A stretch of 64,000 bases of DNA from the NCBI GenBank assembly GCA_963662285.2, contig CAXXMV010000006.1, forward strand, positions 1,184,001 to 1,248,000, written 5' to 3'. Origin of the DNA: a bacterium. GTDB taxonomy: Bacteria > Hinthialibacterota > Hinthialibacteria > Hinthialibacterales > Hinthialibacteraceae. The notes under the pieces are model-generated. The model saw only the letters and a list, made by a program, of their open reading frames with translations. It ran no database searches and was not told the DNA's origin. Below are positions 20,154 to 29,161 of this stretch, in pieces (the first letter of the stretch is position 1; each line of letters begins with the position of its first letter). Made by a program: the position numbers and the translations under genes.

Positions 20154-21769
20154 TCATTTTCTCTTAAGTACGGCTTGAAGTTCCAGACGGAAGAGCAGCC
20201 AGCCCAGGCCGAAGAATACGGTTACGCCTGCTCCAACCACGAATGCTACGCGGGCCATCAGTTCGAATTGCGACCCGGTGTAGACTGGAACTAATTCCAT
20301 TAAACCCCGGCAGGCTAAGGCCATTCCCGCAGCTGCGATGATGACGCGGATGAAGAATGGAATCAGGGGCCATAGTGGAAGGCGTCTGATAGTAGGCCAT
20401 AATAGGGCTATGAGTAAAATCATCTGCAAACCACTGGCTAATGATGACGCCAGCGCCAGCGACCAGAGCGGCCATTCCGTATGAACGAACCAGGCGCATA
20501 GAGCGATATTAAACGCCACGCTGATGATTCCGGTAATGACCGGAGTGCGGAAATCATGTCGCGCCTGGAAGGTTCTGACCAGCACTTTGACTATGGCGAA
20601 GAAAAACAGCCCGATGCTATACATAACCAATATTTCCACCGTTGGTTGCAGCCATCCGCTGGAGTGAAAGGCGCCCCGGTCATAGATTACGCCTACGATT
20701 TCCGGCGCCAGAACAATCAATCCAACAGCGGATGGAATCATGAGCAGGGTGAGGTACTTGATGACATTGATCAGGGTTTTGGACGCCTCTTCATGCTTGC
20801 CCTGTTCGAAATACTGGGCGATGCGGGGAAACGAGGCTGTGGCTAATGCTACGCCGATCACGCCCAGGGGGAAACTGGATCAGGCGGAAGGCGTAGTTCA
20901 TCTGCGATATCCCGCCATTGCCGTATTGTGATGCGAAGCAAGTCTGGGTAATAAGCGAGTTGATCTGATATATGGCCAATCCAAACACGCTGGGCGCCAG
21001 TATTTTCAAAACATGCCTACTTTGGGATGAAACGGCGAGGCCCAGGGAGGCGGGAAGAAATTAATCTTCCTGGCTGGGAAAAGTTGTATGACGAACTGAA
21101 GTAAACCACCGAATATCACCGCTGCGATCATGATGCTCATCAGCGAAAAACCGACGGCGCCGTATAATCCCGCGCCAACCAGGCAGCCGACTATCAGACT
21201 GGCATTGAATAATGTCGGCGCCAGCGCGGGGATGAAGAATATACGGTAGGTGTTTAACACTCCCATGGCCCAGGCCGATAATGCGATGAAGAAGAGAAAG
21301 GGGAACATCATCTGCGTCGCCCATATGCCAGCTTCGACGCGCCAGTTTTCACTGGGTATAACCTGCATCTGCTGGGCCAGGGGTTGCAGTTCATCAGGGA
21401 GATTCAATTGCTGGGGGAATTGCAGCAAAATAGGGACGAACCAGGGCGCCAGCAGTATGGCCAATACTGAGACTGCTCCGACGGTGATCGCCAATGCGCG
21501 GAACACGGCGGCGCTGGCGATGCGGACCGCCTCTTCGCCTTCCCGCTCGCGCACGCGGGTCAGCAATGGGATGAAAGCGGCTGAGAGGGCCCCTTCGGCG
21601 AACAATTGCCGGCAGGTGGATGGAATTTTGAATCCAGCCCAGAATATATCCTGCCACACATGGGGCACGTAGGCGGCGATGCACGAATCGCGCACTAATC
21701 CCAGTATGCGGCTCATTAAAGTCGCAATGCGAAAAGTCCGGTTGATTTAAGTAGAGAATCTTTTTTCAT
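20154..21769 (-). pseudogene. murJ: Lipid II flippase MurJ/MviN with three apparent single-base indels (probably sequencing errors)
   Basis: SRILGLVRD, FKIPSTCRQLFAEGALSAAFIP, YAFRLIQFP(LG)VIGVALATASFP, YDRGAF motifs lie in four frame segments; breaks near 21730, 21008-21011 (A4) and 20867-20871 (G5). Confidence 0.9.
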
Positions 21770-22133
21770 ACTGGCCGCATTGTAGGCGTGGCGTATAAGT
21801 TTTCAATACCATCACATGTTTATGTAATGAGATATTGGGAAGCTAATTTGATTTATGCTGAAATGTTGACGATTGATACGGTTTATATATTCAATCTGGT
21901 TGTACTTGATGTTATTAAATTTATTACTTTAAGGTGGCAGGGAGTTATCAAAAAATAGGAGTTCCTGTGGATGCCTATGGATAAATGATTCCTGATAGCT
22001 TCCACCTTATTTTCTCAAAAATGCTGTTCTATAATGACCGATTATCGTTTTTAGCTAAAAGATCGATCATTGCGATAGAAAATGACGACCACTCTATCAA
22101 ACGAGTCTACGTAAATACTTAGGAGAGATAAAC

Positions 22134-23609
22134 ATGGCTGACAAGAAACCTCAGACTCAAGGAGTCAACCGAAGAGAATTTTTCAATACTTCCGGTAAAG
22201 TGACCGCCGCTCTAAGCGCCGCCGCCATCGCTGGACCCGCTATCAACGTGCTTGGCGCGAACGATAAGATTCGCGTTGGCGTTATCGGACCGGGCAAGCG
22301 TGGAAAATACCTGATGAAAATGGCCACCGATGCCGTTACCCGTAACGAACTGAACGTCGATTTGAGCATGCAGTTTGTAGCGGTTGCCGACATCTATGAA
22401 GGCTGGGCCGAAGAAGGCGCCGCCAAAGGCGAACAGTACAACGAAAACGCCCTCGATAACGAAGGCGAAGTCAAAGTTTACGACCATCATAAAAAACTGC
22501 TGGAAGATAAAAACGTGGACGCGGTTATCATTGCTACCCCCGAACACCAGCATGCTTTCCAGTTGATCGATGCGCTCGCCGCAGGTAAAGACGTTTACTG
22601 CGAAAAACCGATGGTTCAAAACATTGCTCAAGGCAAAAAGGTTCTGGACGCCTTCAAAGGCAGCGACCGCGTGGTTCAGGTCGGAACCCAGCGCCGCAGC
22701 GTTCCTCTATTCAAAAAAGCCAATGAAATCGTTAAAAGCGGTGATATTGGTCAAGTCACCTATTGCGAAGGCTGGTGGCACCGCAATGAACCTGATGGCA
22801 AACCGGGTCCCTGGGCTTATCCCATTCCCGACGACGCCTCTCCTGACGTCATAAACTGGCCTGAATTCCTTTATGAAGCCAAGAAAACTGCATTTGACAA
22901 ACAACGCTACTTCCAGTGGAGAAGTTTTTGGGATTACTCAAACGGCATCGGCAGCGACTTGATGGTTCATCAGATCGACGCCATCTGCATGGTCATGGGC
23001 GTTGGCGTACCCAAGAGCGTTATCTCTTCCGGTGGACTATACCGCTGGAAAGACGGCCGCATGACTCCTGATACATGGGGTTGCCTGATGGAATTTGAAG
23101 AAGGCTTCCAGATCAATTATAATGCGCGCTTCAACAACATCTGCCGCCCGAATGAAAGATACGTCATCGAAGCTGAGATCGACCGTATCGAAGATAAAGA
23201 GAAACAAAAAGAACTTAATGCGGCGCTCAAGGTTTTGACTCGCGGCAAGGTCATCAATGAAAAAATCCAGGATTACGGAGTTCGCATCTGTGGTTCCAAA
23301 GGTTTGATTGAAGTTTTCTGCCACCATGATATGAATGTATGGCCCGAACCTAAATACCTGTGGGGCACAGCTTCCAAACTGAAATTCCAGAATTACAAAT
23401 ATTGCAATACCCAAGCCGAAGCAACTGATCAAGCGGTTCGCGATCACATGCAGAACTGGCTGGAAAGCATCGTCACCCGCAAAACTCCTAATTGCACAGT
23501 GCGAGATGGATTCGACGGCGCCTGCATTTCCAACATGGGAACCATGTCATTCATGTCCGGCAAAAAAGTTATATTCGACAAAGAGAAACTCGAAGCCAAT
23601 ACTATCTAG
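22134..23609 (+). CDS. Tat-exported Gfo/Idh/MocA family oxidoreductase
   Basis: NRREFF twin-arginine signal; IRVGVIGPGKRG, IATPEHQH, DVYCEKP, QVGTQRRS, WRSFWDYSNG..SDLMVHQID. Confidence 0.92.
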   Translation: MADKKPQTQGVNRREFFNTSGKVTAALSAAAIAGPAINVLGANDKIRVGVIGPGKRGKYLMKMATDAVTRNELNVDLSMQFVAVADIYEGWAEEGAAKGEQYNENALDNEGEVKVYDHHKKLLEDKNVDAVIIATPEHQHAFQLIDALAAGKDVYCEKPMVQNIAQGKKVLDAFKGSDRVVQVGTQRRSVPLFKKANEIVKSGDIGQVTYCEGWWHRNEPDGKPGPWAYPIPDDASPDVINWPEFLYEAKKTAFDKQRYFQWRSFWDYSNGIGSDLMVHQIDAICMVMGVGVPKSVISSGGLYRWKDGRMTPDTWGCLMEFEEGFQINYNARFNNICRPNERYVIEAEIDRIEDKEKQKELNAALKVLTRGKVINEKIQDYGVRICGSKGLIEVFCHHDMNVWPEPKYLWGTASKLKFQNYKYCNTQAEATDQAVRDHMQNWLESIVTRKTPNCTVRDGFDGACISNMGTMSFMSGKKVIFDKEKLEANTI

Positions 23610-23626
23610 ATTGCTTAGGTGGTTTT

Positions 23627-23660
23627 GGTGGGCTACGCTTCGCTTTTAGCCCACCCTACG
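23627..23660 (-). repeat. GTAG-family REP hairpin (family A variant)
   Basis: GGTGGGCTACGCTTCGCTTTTAGCCCACCCTACG. Confidence 0.75.
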
Positions 23661-23689
23661 GAATTATCTTATTTACAATGCATACTTAC

Positions 23690-23719
23690 CAAAGGCCGCG
23701 TAGCGATACGCGGCCTTTG
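23690..23719. terminator. Probable bidirectional terminator between convergent genes
   Basis: CAAAGGCCGCGTA-GCGA-TACGCGGCCTTTG, perfect 13-bp stem. Confidence 0.65.
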
Positions 23720-23764
23720 TTGTAAAACAGATACGAATATCACAAAGAATTGTAGGTTATAACT

Positions 23765-23804
23765 GGGCGCCAAGGGCAAGAGCGCATTGCGCTCAGCCCT
23801 TGAT
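23765..23804. repeat. REP-like hairpin family B (GGGCGCCAAGGGC...GCCCTTGAT)
   Basis: Near-identical inverted copy at 58907-58946; relatives at 27941, 38434, 42011 and in the 44.3-45.8 kb array. Confidence 0.75.
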
Positions 23805-23864
23805 CAAGCCACCAACGATATGGTGAAATTCCATAACTTAATGAAATCACCTCTATAAAACTAT

Positions 23865-24467
23865 TTAAGATTCAATTCTGGATTGCAGGAAATTGGTGAT
23901 GGCGTTGTCGTATCTGGATGTATGCTCGAAGGCTTTAGCGGCCAGGCGATGCCGGGTTTTGATTGAAATGCCGCCCTGCTGGTTCATCTCTTGTATGATT
24001 AATTCATAATCAGCCGGGTCGGTAATCACAACTACTGATTTGAAATTCTTGGCTGATGAGCGGATCATGGTTGGTCCGCCGATATCGATATTCTCTGTTG
24101 CCACGTCCATCGATACATCCGGTTTAGCGACGGTTGCTTCGAAGGGGTATAGGTTGACCGCAACCAGATCGATGGGATAGATGCCGTATTTTTCCGCTTC
24201 TTCAGACTGCGCCGGATCATTGCGCTTAAACAAAAGCCCGCCATGAATCTTGGGGTGCAGCGTTTTGACCCGGCCGCCCAGCATCTCCGGCGATCCGGTG
24301 TAATCGCTAACTTCCTGATACTTAACGCCGACTTTGGAAAGTGAGCGGCCTGTGCCTCCAGTTGATAATATATGGACATCTTTTTCCGCCAGGGCTTTGC
24401 CGAACTCTTCAATGCCGGTTTTGTCGAAAACGGAGAGTATCGCTTTTCGGATTGTGACGATGCTCAT
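23865..24467 (-). CDS. purH: Stand-alone IMP cyclohydrolase (PurH N-terminal MGS-like domain only)
   Basis: [59 protein letters not shown]; stops at 200 aa with no transformylase domain. Confidence 0.9.
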   Translation of the reverse strand: MSIVTIRKAILSVFDKTGIEEFGKALAEKDVHILSTGGTGRSLSKVGVKYQEVSDYTGSPEMLGGRVKTLHPKIHGGLLFKRNDPAQSEEAEKYGIYPIDLVAVNLYPFEATVAKPDVSMDVATENIDIGGPTMIRSSAKNFKSVVVITDPADYELIIQEMNQQGGISIKTRHRLAAKAFEHTSRYDNAITNFLQSRIES

Positions 24468-24558
24468 CGGGATTCCTTTCAGTTATGCAAAATAATTAAC
24501 GTTAATATCAATATGTATTATTAAAATTGCGTTATCGCTTCCAGTCAATCTAAGCCGC

Positions 24559-25656
24559 TTATTGCTTTTTGGGATTCAATCGATTCAGATACCATTCAAT
24601 ATTGTTTCTCATGCGGGTTGTGGAAGCCTTGGCCAGGGCTTTTTGGAATGCAATTTCAGCCGACTCGAGTGACGTCGGGTCGCCCATTGCATAGAGACCC
24701 ACGCCCTCATTGTAATAAAAATCCGCTTCGCCGGGGTGTAGTTTCTGTGAAGCCCGCGCCAGATTTACCAGCATCTCGTGATCTTTCTTGCGGTAATAGA
24801 CTTCGCTGAGGCTTTTCACGGTAGGCGCTGAGATGTCATGAATGGTCAAAAGAAAAAAGTCTTCAGCGAAATCCAGCCAGTCCAATTTTTCAAACAGGTT
24901 AAGCAGGCTGCGTTGATTGGCTGGATCGGTAGGATTTTTAAGAACCTTCTCCTGCAATGAGGTCAGGCCGGATTTATCTTCCAGGTATTTTCTCAGTTCG
25001 GCAATCTCTTTACTTTTTTTGGGATAATAGCTTTTTAAGCGGAAATAATCGTCTTGCACTACATCGTAAAAGCGCCGGTGAAACAAACATTTTTCGCGTA
25101 TCATCAAGGCGTCGAAGCGTTCGTCTTTATCGATGGTATGAGCCAGTATCGCTTCCAACTCTTTTTGGGTTTGCTCATACTTCCGCCGTTTGAAGAGTTC
25201 CTTGGCGTAATCCAATCTGTTTTCGGGAGCGACATCCGACCATACATCCTTGATGGTTCCCGTAGCGTCTTTTGGCATGGGGATGTCATCAGGATCGGGT
25301 ATCTTTCCCATTTCACGCAAGCGCTTCAAGGTCTCATCCGAGTCGCCATCTGGACCAATGAATTTTGACAAGTCGATGGGAGTGTCGCTGTATTGCCCTT
25401 TGCCCAGTTCGGGTCTGGGGCGCCGGGGGCGGTTCTGGGAACCTTCTTCATTGGGCGTGGTCTTGGTATAGCGGCGCAGCAAATCATTCTTCAACAGGTT
25501 CATCAAAGAATTTTGGTTATTGGCGCCATCCGAATCAAGCAAAGGCGCCAAGGGTATGCTATCCTGGGCGTAAACAGGCGCTGACAAAAACAAGCACACC
25601 GATCCCACAAGTAGAATAAGTTTATTAAAATAATCGCCCGTCAATAATAACCACAT
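24559..25656 (-). CDS. Secreted tetratricopeptide-repeat hypothetical protein
   Basis: Signal peptide ending VYAQ; TPR-like HPGEADFYYNEGVGLY..AEIAFQKAL. Confidence 0.75.
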   Translation of the reverse strand: MWLLLTGDYFNKLILLVGSVCLFLSAPVYAQDSIPLAPLLDSDGANNQNSLMNLLKNDLLRRYTKTTPNEEGSQNRPRRPRPELGKGQYSDTPIDLSKFIGPDGDSDETLKRLREMGKIPDPDDIPMPKDATGTIKDVWSDVAPENRLDYAKELFKRRKYEQTQKELEAILAHTIDKDERFDALMIREKCLFHRRFYDVVQDDYFRLKSYYPKKSKEIAELRKYLEDKSGLTSLQEKVLKNPTDPANQRSLLNLFEKLDWLDFAEDFFLLTIHDISAPTVKSLSEVYYRKKDHEMLVNLARASQKLHPGEADFYYNEGVGLYAMGDPTSLESAEIAFQKALAKASTTRMRNNIEWYLNRLNPKKQ

Positions 25657-25721
25657 TGATCAAAAACGCCTTTGAATATTTTTCCAATCGTATGATGAGT
25701 TAAAAGCCAATTGAGTGGGCT

Positions 25722-26435
25722 AAAAGCCAAATCGTAGGGTGGGCTAAAAGCCGCAAAGCGGCGTAGCCCACCAAAGCCACCCATGTATCAATCATCCTTT
25801 GGCATAACAATCTTCCCCGGATTAAGAATATTATGCGGATCGAATACCGCTTTGATTTTGGTCAAAAGCCAAATCGTAGGGTGGGCTAAAAGCCGCAAAG
25901 CGGCGTAGCCCACCAAAGCCACCCATGTATCAATCATCCTTTGGCATAACAATCTTGCCCGGATTAAGAATATTATGCGGATCGAATACCGCTTTGATTT
26001 TGGTCAAAAGCCAAATCGTAGGGTGGGCTAAAAGCCGCAAAGCGGCGTAGCCCACCAAAGCCACCCATGTATCAATAATCCTTTGGCATAACAATCTTCC
26101 CCGGATTAAGAATATTATGCGGATCGAATACCGCTTTGATTTTGGTCAAAAGCCAAATCGTAGGGTGGGCTAAAAGCCGCAAAGCGGCGTAGCCCACCAA
26201 AGCCACCCATGTATCAATCATCCTTTGGCATAACAATCTTGCCCGGATTAAGAATATTATGCGGATCGAATACCGCTTTGATTTTGGTCAAAAGCCAAAT
26301 CGTAGGGTGGGCTAAAAGCTGCAAAGCGGCGTAGCCCACCAAAGCCACCCATGTATCAATCATCCTTTGGCATAACAATCTTCCCCGGATTAAGAATATT
26401 ATGCGGATCGAATACTGCTTTAATTCCGGTCAACA
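25722..26435. repeat. Tandem array, 142-bp unit x5 (REP family A + copy of the glcD 3' end)
   Basis: TCGTAGGGTGGGCT starts at 25732, 25874, 26016, 26158 and 26300 (period 142); the last unit runs into the real glcD 3' end. Confidence 0.92.
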
Positions 26436-27774
26436 GATCAATCTCCGTTTGACTCATTTCATAGGCGATATAGGGTTGCTTGCTGATGCCGATGCCATGC
26501 TCGCCGGAGATTGAGCCATCCATCTCCACGGTTTTCTTGAACAGGTCGCTGACCGCCTGTTCGACGTTGGGGTCGCTCTCGTCATGCGACATGAAATTGA
26601 CATGCAGGTTGCCGTCTCCAGCATGACCGAAGCACAGGGTGAAGATGTCATACTTGCGGCCGATGGCGTAGGCTTCTTCGAGTATTTGGGGAAACGCGGC
26701 GACCGGGACGCAGATATCCTCATTGGTCTTGAACGGCGCTTTGGCGAACATGGCCGGACTGAGGCTGCGCCGGATATCCCACAGTTTTTCCCGCTCGGCG
26801 TCGTTTTGCGACTCGGTAATCTTGCTGGCTCCATTGGAGCGGCATATACCGGCCAGGATATCCAGGTCGCGGCGCACTTCATCCTGATTGAAGCCATCGG
26901 TCTCCACCAGCAGCAGCCCGTCGGCGATGGGTAGGTTAGCTTCGGGTTGATGAGCGTTGGCCGCTTCGAGGCTCAGGCGGTCGATGAATTCCAAAGCGCA
27001 GGGCAGGGTTCCGCTGTTGAGCATGGCGCGCACCGCCACCGCTGATTGGTTGACCGAGTCGAACAATGCGACGAAGGTAGCGCGGTGAGCCGGGTAGGGA
27101 ATCAGCCGCATAGTGGCTTCGGTGATAATGGCCAGGGTTCCTTCCGAGCCGATCAGAAGTTGCAGCAGGTTGTAGCCCACCACGTTCTTGCGGGCTTTGG
27201 TCCCGGCGTGGATGATCTCTCCGGTGGGCAGCACGGCCTGCACTGATTGGATCCAATCCTTGGTGGTGCCGTATTTTACGCAATTGAGTCCCCCTGCGCA
27301 TTCAGCCAATGTACCGCCCAGGCTGGCCGTCTTGGCGCTGGATGGATCGGGTGGATAAAACAACCCTTCTTTCTGCACGGCTGATTTCAGTTCTCCCAAC
27401 GGAATGCCGGGCTGGGTTCTGACCAGGCGGTTATCCTTATCTATCTCCAGAATTTTTGACATACGCTCCAGCGACAGCAGGATGCCGCCCTTGAGAGCCA
27501 ATGCGCCGCCGGTATGACCAGTGCCGCCGCCGCGTGGATAGACCGGAGTCTTATATTCACAGGCCAACTTCATCACCGCAGAAATTTCCTCAACGCTCTC
27601 AGGCCACACCACCACTTGAGGGGGATAATTGTTGCGCGTTGCGTCATAGGCGTAGGTCATAAGGTCGACATCTTCGCTCGACGCGCGTTCTTTGCTTAAC
27701 ACGTTGCGCAACGCCTTCAACAACGATGCATTGATAGGAGGGTGGGCGGTGGATGATGCATGAACGTCTGACAT
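26356..27774 (-). CDS. glcD: FAD-linked oxidase, glycolate oxidase GlcD / D-lactate dehydrogenase family
   Basis: PRGGGTG..GGA, FYPPDPSS, GG..CVKYG, GYNLLQLLIGSEGTL, GHAGDGNLH, GSISGEHGIG, FDP.NILNPGK. Confidence 0.88.
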   Translation of the reverse strand: MSDVHASSTAHPPINASLLKALRNVLSKERASSEDVDLMTYAYDATRNNYPPQVVVWPESVEEISAVMKLACEYKTPVYPRGGGTGHTGGALALKGGILLSLERMSKILEIDKDNRLVRTQPGIPLGELKSAVQKEGLFYPPDPSSAKTASLGGTLAECAGGLNCVKYGTTKDWIQSVQAVLPTGEIIHAGTKARKNVVGYNLLQLLIGSEGTLAIITEATMRLIPYPAHRATFVALFDSVNQSAVAVRAMLNSGTLPCALEFIDRLSLEAANAHQPEANLPIADGLLLVETDGFNQDEVRRDLDILAGICRSNGASKITESQNDAEREKLWDIRRSLSPAMFAKAPFKTNEDICVPVAAFPQILEEAYAIGRKYDIFTLCFGHAGDGNLHVNFMSHDESDPNVEQAVSDLFKKTVEMDGSISGEHGIGISKQPYIAYEMSQTEIDLLTGIKAVFDPHNILNPGKIVMPKDD

Positions 27775-27936
27775 TGATAGCACCTGCTTATATTGAGTTA
27801 TATCATTTTATCCCAAGTTCCCCACGCTCAAATAGGGAAGTGATTGATTAATGGATGTTTGGCTGCTTCGGGCGCCAAAGACAGGCGCCAAGAGCAGGGT
27901 ATTTTTTCTACCATTGAAGCGATCACCCACGGTGGG

Positions 27937-28359
27937 TGGCGGGTGGCAAGGGCAAGACCGCAAAGCGGTCAGCCCTTGATGCGATAACCTACGTTTCTCA
28001 GTATCCCTCTCCCAAGACTAGTAGAGGCCAGGAGAGAGTTGATAACAACCACCCAATCATAAAAAAACTAAACAAATGGCGGGTGGCAAGGGCAAGACCG
28101 CAAAGCGGTCAGCCCTTGATGCGATAACCAACGTTTCTCAGTATCCCTCTCCCAAGACTGGGAGAGGCCAGGAGAGAGTTGATAACAACCACCCAATCAT
28201 AAAAAAACTAAACAAATGGCGGGTGGCAAGGGCAAGACCGCAAAGCGGTCAGCCCTTGATGCGATAACCTACGTTTCTCAGTATCCCTCTCCCAAGACTA
28301 GTAGAGGCCAGGAGAGGGTTGATAATAATCACTCAATCATAAAAAAAACTAAACAAATG
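27937..28359. repeat. Tandem array, 140-bp unit x3 (REP family B + CCTCTCCC/GGGAGAGG hairpin)
   Basis: TGGCGGGTGGCAAGGGCAAGACCGCAAAGCGGTCAGCCCTTGAT starts at 27937, 28077 and 28217. Confidence 0.92.
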
Positions 28360-28366
28360 TACAATA

Positions 28367-28382
28367 TTGGCACGCTTATTGC
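28367..28382 (+). promoter_or_regulatory. Putative sigma-54 (-24/-12) promoter
   Basis: TTGGCACGCTTATTGC matches TGGCAC-N5-TTGC with GG-N10-GC spacing; about 50 nt upstream of the ATG at 28433. Confidence 0.65.
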
Positions 28383-28432
28383 CATATAACGTATCGAAGC
28401 ATCAAATAAATCTAATATTCAGGAGAAGCAAA

Positions 28433-28798
28433 ATGACTCTCACACCCCAAGCCATTACCAAATTCGATGAAAATATCATGGATACCATGTCCTACTGCAT
28501 CATGAAGATTTCCGAAAACTTAAAAAAAAGATACGACCCGGACTCGCCAGAATCAAACTCGCTCTTCCGTCTCTTCTGTTCTGCGTCCAGAACCATGATG
28601 CAAATGACCAATAAATATCTCAGAGCCAAAAAAATCGAAATTCAAAACACCCAAAATCAAAATACCAAAAATATAGTTAACAGCAATCAATCAAATTTCA
28701 ACAATATCCCGGTTGATAACTCAAATTCATCATTAAAACAGCAAAAAAATGATAATAATCATGTAGCATCATTCTGGAAAAAAAAGAAAACCGCATAA
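28433..28798 (+). CDS. Small hypothetical protein (121 aa), Asn/Gln-rich tail ending in a basic patch
   Basis: AGGAG RBS at 28421 before ATG 28433; part of ORF 28367-28798. Confidence 0.6.
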   Translation: MTLTPQAITKFDENIMDTMSYCIMKISENLKKRYDPDSPESNSLFRLFCSASRTMMQMTNKYLRAKKIEIQNTQNQNTKNIVNSNQSNFNNIPVDNSNSSLKQQKNDNNHVASFWKKKKTA

Positions 28799-29004
28799 CC
28801 AAAACGGTTTCAAAGAAAAATTAAATGCAATTTCCCGCCGTTCCTCGACGGGCATAGGATAGTAATGCGTGTTATCTTGCACTGAAGAATATAAATAGTC
28901 GCCAAGAATGGGTGGCAAGGCGATATTGTCATTAAGTTAAGTCTTAAAGTCCCCTCTACCACCGGGCTACTCTTCGTACACAAATCAGGAGATGAGAATG
29001 AAAC

Positions 29005-29063
29005 GGGGAGCATCATAGAATGGGGAGCAACATAGAATGGGGAGCATCGGCTTCTAGCCGGTG
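29005..29063. repeat. 17-bp tandem repeat x2.6 running into a small REP-like hairpin
   Basis: GGGGAGCATCATAGAAT GGGGAGCAACATAGAAT GGGGAGCATC, then CATCGGCTTCTAGCCGGTG. Confidence 0.6.
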
Positions 29064-29161
29064 TGTTAAATAAGATAGAATATTTCTATTAGCTTATGTA
29101 TTCATCCATGCTGGGCGCCAAGGGCAAGTTTCTCTACGCCCTATGCTCAAATAGAGAGACG

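Noticed and set aside
18969-21735. Programmed frameshifting or phase variation in yciH, the TPR gene and murJ
   Set aside because: The runs are short (4-7 nt), indels go in both directions, and three fall in one normally essential gene; sequencing error is more parsimonious.
25722-26435. CRISPR array, or attL/attR of an integrated element
   Set aside because: The would-be spacers are all the same glcD 3' fragment; there is no integrase or cargo between copies.
27936-28267. Duplicated 63-aa ORFs MAGGKGKTAKRS...
   Set aside because: They lie wholly inside the 140-bp hairpin repeats and lack an RBS; probably non-coding.
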